NCBI GenBank assembly: GCA_963693095.2
Contig: OY843768.1
Location: 544,001-608,000 of the forward strand
Origin: Cenarchaeum sp.
GTDB lineage: Archaea; Thermoproteota; Nitrososphaeria; Nitrososphaerales; Nitrosopumilaceae
Direction of reading: 5' to 3'
DNA: 64,000 bases
Shown: positions 20,454-32,400 of the stretch, piece by piece
Layout of the letters: each line of letters starts with the position of its first letter
Position numbering within the stretch: position 1 is the first letter of the stretch
The notes under the pieces: model-generated
What the model saw: only the letters and a program-made list of their open reading frames with translations
Told to the model about the DNA's origin: nothing
Databases searched by the model: none
Made by a program: the position numbers and the translations under genes

Positions 20454-23400
20454 TCAAGCGGTCAGTAACGGACACAAAGGGCCACATGTACGCCCCCGTG
20501 CCCAACACCGGCGGCCCGCACACCGACAACGGCGACATCACGGTCCTGAGGGGTGACACGGCGGCCCCGCTGGCCACAATGATAGTGGTCAGCGTCCACG
20601 ATGGCCCCGCCACGGTCCCGGCAAAGACCGGCGAGCACGCGCCCTTTGCCGGCGTCGGCGACACGGTGCGCATCGCGCTCACGCTCGACGAGGCCGCCGT
20701 CGGCGCGCCAGAGATAACGGTCGCCGGCGCGACGCGCGCGATGACAAGCACGGGTGCCGCCGGCGCAATGGAGTGGTTCTATGACCTCCTAGTGGTGGCC
20801 GCCGCCCCCGGGACGCCCGCCACGCCCGAGGTTGACGGTGCCCCCGAGATGGGCTCCACGCCCCCGACGCCTGCGACTCCCGAGGAGGCCATGCTCTCGT
20901 TCTCTATATCCGTCACCGACGGCGTGAACGGGGGCACGATAACCGAGACGGCAGGCCACTCGGGCACTCTAACAGTCAGCCGCCCCGCCATAGACGTCAC
21001 GCCGCCGACGGCCTCGTCGGTCACGACGGCCGTGAGGCTTGCTAGCGCCGGCGCCGACGCGCCGGCGGGCACCGTGGCCGGCATCGGCGACCAGGTCCGC
21101 GTGACGCTCACGGCCAGCGAAGCGCTCGACGCGCAGACCTCCGACATTGCGCTCTTTGGCGCGCTCGCCGTGCCGGCCGACTCCGTCGCGCCCGCCGGCG
21201 CCAACGCGTACATCTACGTGCGCACGGTGGAGGCGACTGACGCCGACGGCGCGATCGAGTTCAGCCTGACGGTACGTGACAGGGCCGGCAACGAGGCGGC
21301 CGCGCCGGCGACGCACGCCACGGCGACTGAGCGCGTGAGCGTCGACGCCACGGCGCCGACGCTCGAGTCGGCCAGGACGACGTCGACTGCGACCCTGGAG
21401 GTCACGCTCTCCGAGGACGTCACGGGAACGAGCGCCGACGGCGACTGGGCAGTCGCCGGCGCCACAGGGGTCGAGTTCGTGTCGGCCTCGGGCAGGATCG
21501 TGACGCTGCGGTACGACATCGCGGCGACGTCATTTGCGCCGATAGTCACGTACTCGGGCACGATCCTGGCCGACTCGCAGGGCAACCCGCTGCGCGCAGG
21601 CTCGGTGACGGCCGCTGACGGCGTGGCACCAACGCTGGCCCGCGCGGCCTTTGCGTCCGGCGGCACGACTGTGACGATGCTCTTTAGCGAGGCGATCGCC
21701 ACGCCGCTGCACCACCAGCTCTCCCTTGCACTGTCAAGCGATGTGCAGGGCACGCCCTCCCCGCGAACCGGTCCGGCGACGGCCTCGGGCAGCACGATAA
21801 CGTTCCCGCTGACGATCGCCGTCTCGTCGGTGGCCGACGGCACGGTGTTCAGGGTGGCAGTCGTCGCGGGCTCCATAGTGGATGCCGGCGGCAACGCGTA
21901 CGCCGAGGACGCCATGAACCCCGCGACGGCTACGTACGACCCCACGGCGCCGACGTTCACCGCCGAGTTCACCGGCGCACGCACCGTCGTGCTGACCTTT
22001 GATGACGTTCTCGCGGAGGCTACGGTCACTGCCGCCAACTTTGGCGTGACGGTGCCCAACGCGACTCCCGGCGGCGCCCCCGTCAGCGTCGCGCTGGACT
22101 CTGACAGCCCAGTTGCCTACGCCTCCGGCTCGGTGACAGTCACGCTTACGCTCGCCGGCGACGCGACGCAGGGCGTGGTCCACACAGTCACCCCGAAGGC
22201 CTCGCTGACCAACAGTGCGCACGTGCCGTACGCCGCCGGCGGCGTCGAGGCCACGCGCGCGATCACCGACATGACCGCACCTACGGCAAGCTCGATAGCC
22301 TTTGAGGTGTACGACGGCACGCCGGATGCCGGCACGCTAAAGACCGGCGACAGCGAGCTGCTCGCAAGCGACGGGGACACGATCCGCCTGATACTGACGC
22401 TCAACGAGGACGCCGCCGGCACGCCGACGATAGAGGTGGACGGCCTGACGGCGGCGGGTACCGCGATGGGCGACAACGGCGACGCGCTGGCCACGACGTG
22501 GCACCACGACCTGCTCGTGACGACCTCCCCGGGCGAGGCGGCCTTTACGTTCACGATCAAGGCGGCTGACGCGGCGGGCAACTCGGAGCCCATAACGCAG
22601 GCCGCCGGCCTGGCCTCCGGAGTCACCGTCAGCGTGCCGACCATAGACCTGACTGCGCCGACGGCGACTGCGGAGTTCACGGCGGCCAGGACGCTAGTCA
22701 TCACGGCAGGCGAGGCGCTACTCAACACGAAGGCGCAGGTGGAGGGCTATACGTTCGCCGTGAGCGCCGGAGGCAGCACCGTCTCGCTGGCCACGGCGGA
22801 CCCGGCGGCTGACCCGCCGGTGATGCCCATCGTCTATGACGCGACGACCCGCACGATCACGCTCACGCTGGCCGCCGACGCGGCCGCCGCCGAGCACACA
22901 GTCACGCTACCGGCGGGCCTGGCCGACCTTGCCGGCAACGCGTTTGCCTCGGGCGCCACGACGAGCGCGACGTACACGGCAGACGCGCCGGACACTACTG
23001 CGCCAACGTTCAGCGCAAGCCTCACGTCTGCGAGCACCGTGACGATCACGTTTACCGAGGCTGTCAGCGGCACGACGGCGCCGGCCGAGTGGACCGTCGC
23101 CGGCTCGACAGTCATCACGGTCACGCCCTCCTCGCCGTCCTCGGTTGACGAGGTCGTCCTCACGCTGTCGGCCTCGCGCGTGGGCACGGCACTGGCCGAC
23201 CCAGACGGTGATGGCCCGCTCGAGGAGATCACGCCGGCAAGCGTGGTCTATGCGCGCCCTGCGGCGGACTCGGCGACTACGTCTAACACGCTCGCCGACG
23301 GCGCTGCCAACGACCTTGCCGCCGCCGGCATGAGGGCCACGGCCACGGCAGTGACTGACGGCGCTTCACCGACGGCCAGGGCGGCCTTTTTGGGCAGCGC

Positions 23401-26400
23401 GATCGTCATCCTGTTCAGTGAGCCGGTCAACGGAGTGCCGGCCACGCTGGGCCTCACGCCGCCGGCCGGCTCGACTGTCACTGGCGGCCAGCTTGGAGCA
23501 GACCACGCCGACGGCACCGCCAGGGCGTCAGTCGCGATCTCCTCGCCAGATGGCGGCGAGTACTCTGTCGCGCTGCCCACGGGCATAGATGACGCCTCGG
23601 ACAACGAGCTCGCCGCCGTCTCGGTGACTGCCACGTACGCGGAGGACACGTCGGCGCCTACGTTCAGCGCCGAGCTGACCTCGGCGCAGACCGTGAGGAT
23701 CACGTTCAACGAGGCCGTCTTTGGCGTGACTGTCGGCTCCGAGTGGGCAGTCGCCGGCTCGACAGTCAGCACTGTGGTGCCGTCCTCGCCCTTTGATGCC
23801 ACAGAGATCGTCCTCACGCTGTCGGCCTCGCGCGTGGGCACGGCACTAGAAGACCCAGACGGTGATGGCCCGCTCACGGAGATCACGACGGCGAACGTGG
23901 TCTATACGCGCCCGTCGACGGGTGATGACACGCTCCGGAACTCGGCAGAGCTCCGCCTTGCAGCCGCCGCCGGCGGCTCGACATCTGCCACGGCCGTCAC
24001 CGACAAGGCCGCGCCGACGTTCACGGCGCGCACGGCGACCACGACGACAGTCGCCGTCACGTTCAGCGAGCTTATACACAACTCGGGGGAGTTCGGTGAG
24101 AAATGGGAGAACGTGGCTCACTGGAGGGTGGACGGTGCCATGCCGACTGGGGTCATGGCGGCCAACACGACGTCTGCCACGATCTACACGCTCACGGTGG
24201 GGGCGGCCTTTGGCGTGGACGCCACGCCGTCGATCCTCTACGTGCGCCCCTCCGTTTACTACCTCTCTGACGCGCTGGCTGATAGCTCAGCTGACTTGCC
24301 CGACGCCAACCACGTCCTGTCTACGCCTGCCGACATGCCAATAGTCGCCTCTGACGGCATCACCCCGCCCGTCGCAGTAGACCCCTTCACGGCAGCCACT
24401 GCGAGCCTCACGACGACGCTCGTGACCTTTACTGGCAGCGCGCTCACCGGCACGCTCGACGTGACGAACTGGACGGTCACCGACAACGACACGGCCGACT
24501 CGATGAATGTGGAGCACACGCCATCTAGCGTGGCGACTGCTGCGGCTGACGGCACCCCGACGTCGACTGCGGCCACGGCGAGCACCCCGATTGCCATACC
24601 GAACGGCTCCACTGCCAAGCACCTGCTCATCACGCACCCCGAGCTCTCCTCGACGGCGGCCACGCCGCAAGTCGCGTATGAAAAGCCCGGCACCAGGCCG
24701 ACCGGCGGGTTCCTCGCCGAGGGCACCTCGGATGTCGCCACGCGCGACACTGCGGCGACTGACGGCGCGCCTCCGACATTCACCGCCGAGTTCGACGGCG
24801 CCACCACGATCACCGTGGAGTTCAGCGAGGCCGTGACCGAGGTTACCGCGGGCTGGTCGGCGAGCGGCGGCCTTTCGGTGTCGACCGTGGGCTTTGACGA
24901 CGACACGTACACGCTCACCGTCTCTGGCGCGACTGACGGCACAACGTACACGGTCAGCGCGCCTGGCACGATCAAGGACAAGGCCACGCCGACGGCCAAC
25001 ACGATAGACGCCGACGAGGATGCAGACGCGACGTACACGGCGCCGCCGGAGGCCTTGACTGTGGCCTTTTCGGCGTACAACGAGCTCCGCGTGACCTTTG
25101 GCTATGACATAGTGGAGTCGTCGATCCCGTCAACGCTGACGGTGACGCCGGCCATAGGCACAGCGACGGCGCACGCGGCGAACGCCGACCCCGACGACGC
25201 CAGGACGATCATAGTCAGCCTTGGCGGCGGCGCGGCGGATCAGACCGCGTACACAGTCACGCTGCCTGCCGCAATATCGCGCACCGACGGCGTCGCGTTT
25301 AACGGCGCCACGGGCAGCGCCGCCGTGCCGGTGTCCGTCGAGCGCGAAGGCGGCGTGGGCGATGCCTCGCGGGTGGTCCTGGTGTTCCATTATGACGCGC
25401 CGGACATGCGCACGCTGGCCGGCATGGCCGCGCCCACGGACTCTGAGGGGTGGGGCACGCTGCGCGTCACGCCAGTGCGCGGCGACCTGCCGGGCAGCGT
25501 GGCGCTCGGCGCGGCGTTTGACGCCAGGGTCACGACAAGCGGCTCGACACCCGACGGATCGCGGATCAGCGTCCATGTCGACCCGTCGCACTTTGCGCTC
25601 GCGACGCCGCAGTCCTACGAGATCGTGCTCCCGTCGTCGCTCAAAGAGCACGTCGCAGGCGATGACACGCCGGCTGACAACGACTCCCTCCTGGCGATAC
25701 CCTTTACGTTCACGACTGAGGCGCATCCGGCGTTCACGGCTGAAATCGTCTCGCCCACGCGAATCGACGTCACGTTCACCGGCCCTGTCGGCGTATTCGA
25801 CGATTTCGATATCGGCAACTATGAGGATGATGACGACCACCCTGACGGCGAGATATTTGTGCCGTACCAGACGCTGCCTGCGCACTGGATCATCGACCAG
25901 ACCCCCGGCGACCTGCCCGCGGTGAACGCGAACGTGGCGAGCAGGGACAACACGGTGGTCTTTTCGGCCGCAGAGCTCGTGTTCGGCGAGTTTCCAGAGG
26001 ATGGCGCCATGACCATGCGGCTGACCCTGCAGGAGTCTGACGCGCTGCTGCCCGATGCGGCGCCCGTGATCCGCTACTCGCCCAGGGTTCCGTTTGCCGT
26101 GGATCGTGACGGGTACTATCTGGTTGCCGTGGACCCCGTGTTTGGCGCTAACGAGGACCGACCCGTGCTCCCGTTCACGACGGCCGTGGCGCCGGACACG
26201 ACGGCTCCGACGTTTAGCGCCGAGCTCACGTCGGCTAGCACGGTAAAGATCACCTTTACCGAGGACGTCGACGGCACGACGGCGGCCTCCGAGTGGAGCT
26301 TTGACGGCACTGCACCGGCCTCGCTCTCGCTGACGGCCACCGGCGGGACCGAGACCGGAGACCTGGTGTTCACCGCGGCCGCCAACGAGCTCTACCTCGC

Positions 26401-29400
26401 CCTCGCCTCCGCGCGCGCTAGCACCGCCCTGGGCACACTGGCCGCCTCGGACGTCACGTACACCCCGCGCAGCACGGGCGCGCTGGTCGACACGGCGGAC
26501 AACGCGTTCGTGCTGGTCAGCGGCATGGTCGAGGCCACGGCGATAGCCGACAGTGCGACGCCGACGTTCAGAGCCGAGTTCGACGGCGCCACGACGATCA
26601 CCGTGGAGTTCAGCGAGGACGTGACTAAGGTTCTGTCGACGGATCCGGCGGAGGGCTGGTCGACGTCTGGCCTGTCCGTGTCAAACGTAGCCCACGCAGG
26701 CGCCGAGTACACGCTCACCGTCTCGGCTGCCACGTCCGGCACGCAGTACACGATCAACCTGGCAGACGACATCGCCGACATCGCCACGCCGGCCAACGCG
26801 ATAGGCGACGGCGCCATGACGACGGCGACGTACACGGCGCCTGACCCCTTCGCGGCCGCCACTGCGAGCCTCACGACGACGCTAGTGACCTTTGACGGCG
26901 GCGCGCTGGCCGGCACGCTCGACGTGGAGGACTGGACGGTCACGGACAACGACACCGGCTCGGCGGACGCGGAGCTGGTCATATCGAGCGTGGCGACGGC
27001 TGCGGCCGACGGCACCGCGACGTCGACTGCGGCCACGGCGGACACCCCGGCCGGCATACCGGGCGCCTCGACTGTCACGCGCCTGCTCATCACGCACGAC
27101 GCGCTCTCCTCGACTGGCGCCACGCCGCGCGTCGACTATGCCGGCGGCGACCTCAAGGAGGGCGGCGCCAGCGGCACCAGCGTCGACGACGGCGGTGCAG
27201 ACGCGACTGATGGCGTAGCGCCGACGTTCACCGCCGAGGGGTCGAAACAAGACCGCATCTACACCGTGACCTTCTCCGAGCCCGTCTCGCTGGCCACCGG
27301 CAAGACGCCGCCGACGGCGGCCGACTGGACGTTCACCGGCACCGGCATTGCTAGAGGCCGTGCTACTCCGGCCACGTTTGCGATCACGCCTGGAGCGTAT
27401 TCGCCCCCTGACCGCGTCAACGATACGCCGGCTAGCGGTTATGCCCTCAACCTGGCCGAGGACGAGGCAACGATGGTGCCAAGTCAGAGAACAGGCGGCG
27501 GCCGAAACGCCGTCTCATTCGCTACTCTTTTCGACAGTACGATCATGCTCGTGTTTAGAGCTGCCGACGACACCAGGATGAACTCGATAGTCGACGACGC
27601 CGGCAACGCGCTGGCCGACGGAACATCGGTACAGCCAGAGGAGGACACGACGGCGCCGGACTTTACTGCCCGCACGAGCACCCTGACGCAAACGAGGGTA
27701 ACGTTCACCGAGGACGTCACGGGCACCACCCGCATCGGCGACTGGTCGATCACTGACGGGAGCTCCCAGATAACCATCACGGGCATTGTCACCGTTGACA
27801 CTGCCACCGGTGATACCACCTCGTCAACCACACACGAGAATCCTAGTGGCGTGACCTTTATCCACACCAGCCTCGCCTCGACGGGCGCCGAGCCGACAGT
27901 CTCGTACACCAGGCCGTCTGAGTCGGGTACCGGAACGCTGGCCGACCGCGCGAACAACGTCATGGGCACCGTCAGCACGCCACTGGAGCGTACGGCAGAC
28001 GACGGGGTCACGCCGGTTGCGAATGCGGGTCGCTTTACGTCGGCCAACACAGTCGAGGTTGACTTTGGCGAGGCCATGGCGGCGCCGACCACCCAGACGC
28101 TGACGGCCACGCTCGAGGGCACGCAGACGACCATAGTGGACAACGGCAGCCCCGCGTTCTCCACCCCGCCTAGTGGCGTGGCCAACTCGCGCCTGACGTT
28201 CACGCTGGTCTCCAACGCCGCACAGGGCACCTACACGCTGGACCTGTCGACTGCCATAGAGGACGCCAACGGCGTGAGAGTGGCCCAAAGCGCCGAGCTG
28301 ACAGGCGTGCGAAACGACAATGTGGCACCGACGCTGGTCCAGGCACAGTTTGCCTCCGCGCAGAGCGTGACGTTGCTCTTTAGCGAGGCGATAGAGCCGA
28401 CGCTGCCAGACGGGCTGACGTTCACGCTGGCCGGCACGCCGACTGTCACTGCCGGCACGGCGACAGTCGATGACAGGACGATAACGATCCCCGTGACGTC
28501 TAGCCTCACGGCCGCCAACGACGGGACAGAGTACACGCTGGGGATTAGCGGAGGCGCCATAGAGGACCTCGCCGGCAACGACTATGTCGCCACGGCCCCA
28601 GTGACCATAACGTATGACACGACTGCGCCGACGTTCACCGCTGCGATCACCGGCCCGAGGGTCATTGACCTGACGTTCAGCGACGCCCTCGCGCCTGCGA
28701 CAGTCGTGGGCGCCAACTTTGCGGTGACGACGCCTGACGGCGACGACGCTGACAGCATAGCCGAGACTGTCGCGCTGTCCAGCACAACCCCTGTCGCTTA
28801 TACTGCAGGCGAAAGGACAGTCAGGCTCAACCTCGCCGGTGACGTCATCTCGGCGGTTCACACCGTCACGCCGAGCACAGAGCTCGCCAACGCCGCATAC
28901 CTGCCGTACGCCGCCGGCGGCGTCGTGGCCACGCGCAGCCCGGCGCCCGTGGCGACTGCGATAACAGTCACCGTTCACGACGGCGATCCGGCCACGGTTG
29001 CGGCAAAGACGGGCATCGCTGCAGGCTTTGCCGGCATTGATGACACAATCCGCGTCGCGGTCACGCTTGACAAGGACGCAGTCGGCACGCCGACAATAGA
29101 CATCAACGGGAACACCGGCGCGTCCATGGTGAGCACCGGCGGCAGCGACGCAAAGACGTGGCACTATGACCTCGCCGTGTCAACAGGGACGGCCGAGACG
29201 ACATCGCTGGACTTTACGATCAGAGTCACCGACGGGACGACTGCGGGCACGATAACGCCGACGAGCGGCCACTCGGCCTCGCTGACTGTGCCCCGGCCGT
29301 CCATAGACGTCACGCTGCCGACGGCGACGTCAGTCACCACGAGCGTCAGGTTCGGAGCCTCGACTGCCGACGAGCCATCGGGCACAGTGGCCGGCATCGG

Positions 29401-32400
29401 CGACAGGCTTCTCGTCACGCTCGTGGCAAGCGAGTTCATCGACGCGACGACAGGTGACATTACGCTCTTTGGTCGGACCGGCGCGAGTGCGGTGAACGCC
29501 GACAGATTCTTCTCTGACTCTGGACCCACCGGAGTCGCGTACGAGCGCGTGATACAGGCGACTGACGCCGACGGCGTGATCGAGTTTAGCATCACGTTCC
29601 GCGACCGTGCCGGCAACGAGGTGGCCGCGCCGGTGACGCACGCCACGGCTACTGCGCGCGTGAGCGTCGACGCCACGGCGCCGACCCTCGAGTCTGCTGC
29701 GACGACTTCGACTGAGACCCTGGAGGTCACGCTCTCCAAGGCCGTCACGGGCGCCGGCGTCAACGCCGAGTGGTCTGCAGTGGACGGCACGACGGCGGCT
29801 GCGATCTCCGACGTCGACGTCTCGGGCGTCACGGTGACGCTCACGTACGCGACGATCACCGACACGTCATTTGCGCCGACAGTCACGTACACGGGCACGG
29901 GACTGGCCGACTCGGCCCGCAACGCGCTTGGCGGCGCCCCCGTCACCGCCGATGACGGCCTGAACCCAACGGCCAAGGCGGCCTTCTCGGGCAACGTGAT
30001 CACGATAACGTTCAGCGAGCCGGTCAACGGCGTGCCGGACACGCTGCAGGTCACGCCGCCGGGCGCGTCGGCCGTCCAGCTTGGCGCCGACCATGACGAC
30101 GGAGATTCGACGGCGACTGTCGAGATCGACTCGCCGGAGTCTGGCGAGTACACAGTCGCCCTGCCGTCTGGCATAGACGACGAGGCTGACAACGTGCTGG
30201 CCGCCGGGGACGTGCGCGCGACGTACACGCCCGCCGTGCCAACGGCGACTGCCGTGGCGTACACGGTCCTTGATGGGAGCACGGCCAACGCGAGGCCTGA
30301 CCCGTACGCCTCCCACGCGCGCGCCGGCGACACGATCAGGCTCTCGATCACTCTTGACGGCGAGGCGAGCTCGGTTAGCGTGCTCTTTGTGGGCAAGACA
30401 GACGATCCGGACATGACGGCAGACGACGCCAACACGGTTACCATGGTGCGCTTCGGGAGCACGAACGAGTGGCGCGCGTCATATGTCGTAGAGTCTGCAG
30501 GCTCCATAGACGGCGCGTTCACGTTTGACGCGACGGTGACGGCCGCCTCGGGCATGACGCGCCCTGTGGACGAGGCGACCCTGCCGACGCCGCTGCCTCC
30601 GACGATCGACCGCGTCGCGCCGACGGCGACGGTGACTGCGACTGTGAGGCTAGAGGACGCGACGGCAGACTCGACCACTGTCACGCTGGCCGGAATCGGC
30701 GATGACGTCCGCGTCAACGTGGCGGCCAGCGAGACGCTCGTCACGGCAGTCGGCGACATTGCGCTCTTTGGGACGACGACTCCCGCCGACTCGGTGGCCA
30801 CCGGCACGTCCAACGCGTACTCGTACGTGCGCACGATAGCCGCCTCGGACGCCGGCGGCGCGCTCATGTTCAGCCTGACGATAAGCGACACTGCGGGCAA
30901 CACGGCGACGCTCACGCAGGCCAACGTGGCATCGAACGTGACGGTTGACTCTGGCGCGCCGACGTTCAGCGCAGAGCTCACGTCGGCTAGCACAGTAAAG
31001 ATCACCTTTGTCGAGGCCGTCAGCGGCACGACAGCGCCCGGCGAGTGGGAAGTCACCGGCTCGTCCGTCGAGTCGATCTCGCTGGCGGAAGACGGGATGC
31101 CCGGGACGGGCGCCGTGACGCTCGATGAAACCGACGAGCTCTACATCACGCTCGCCTCCGCGCGCGCAAGCACCGACCTTGGAGGCCTGGCCGCCTCGGG
31201 CGTCGCGTACGTGCCGCTCGCAGCCGGCACGCTAGTCGACCTGGCCGGCAACGCGTTCGTGACGGTCAACGGCAAGGTTGCGGCCACGGCCCTGGCCGAC
31301 AAGGCCGCCCCGACGTTCACCGCCGAGTTCGACGGCGCGACCACGATCACCGTGACGTTCAGAGAGGCTGTGACTGCGGTTACCACGGGCTGGTCGGCGA
31401 GCGGCGGTCTCACGGTGTCAAACGCGGCCCCTGACGCCGACGACGCCACCACGTACACGCTCACCGTCTCTGGCGCGACTGACGGCACAGGGTACACGAT
31501 AAGCGCGCCTGGCACGATCATGGACAAGGCCACGCCGCCCAACACGATAGAAGCCGGCGAGGAGGCCACCGCGACGTACACGGCGGCGCCCGCGCCGACG
31601 GCGACTGCCGTGGCGTACACGGTCCTTGAGGGGAGCACGGCCAACGCGAGGCCTGACCCGTACGCCTCGCACGCGCGCGAGGACGACACAATCAGGCTCT
31701 CGATCACGCTTGACGGCGAGGCGAGCTCGGTGAGCGTGCTCTTTGTGGGCAAGACAGCCACTGCTGACGCAGTCACGATGACCCAAGTCACCGGGACCAA
31801 CGAGTGGTTCGCGACGTATGTCGTAGAGTCTGCAGGCTCCATAGACGGCGCGTTCACGTTTGACGCGACGGTGACGGCCGCCTCGGGCTCGACGCGCCAG
31901 GTGGACGAGGCGACCGTGTCGGCGACGACGCCTCCGACGATCGACCGCGACGCGCCGACGGCGATGGTGACTGCGACTGTGAGGCTTGAGGGCCAGGGCA
32001 CTGATGCGGCATCGGGCACGATCGCCGGAATCGACGACATTGTCCGCGTCAACGTGGCGGCCAGCGAGACGCTCGTCACGGCAGTAGGCGACATTGCGCT
32101 CTTTGGGACGACGACTCCCGCCGACTCGGTGGCCACCGGCACGTCCAACGCGTACTCGTACGTGCGCACGATAGCCGCCTCGGACGTCGGCGGCGCGCTC
32201 ACGTTCACCCTGACGATACGCGACACTGCGGGCAACACGGCGACGCTCACGCAGGCCAACGTGGCATCGAACGTGACGGTTGACTCTGGCGCGCCGACGT
32301 TCAGCGCAGAGCTCACGTCGGCTAGCACCGTAAAGATCACCTTTGTCGAGGCCGTCAGCGGCACGACGGCGCGTGGCGAGTGGGCAGTCGCCGGCTCGTT

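Noticed and set aside
20486-20488. Independent start for a second gene
   Set aside because: The ATG lies mid-module (DTKGHMY, where paralogues have DT.TNAY). There is no intergenic space, promoter-like AT tract or signal peptide.
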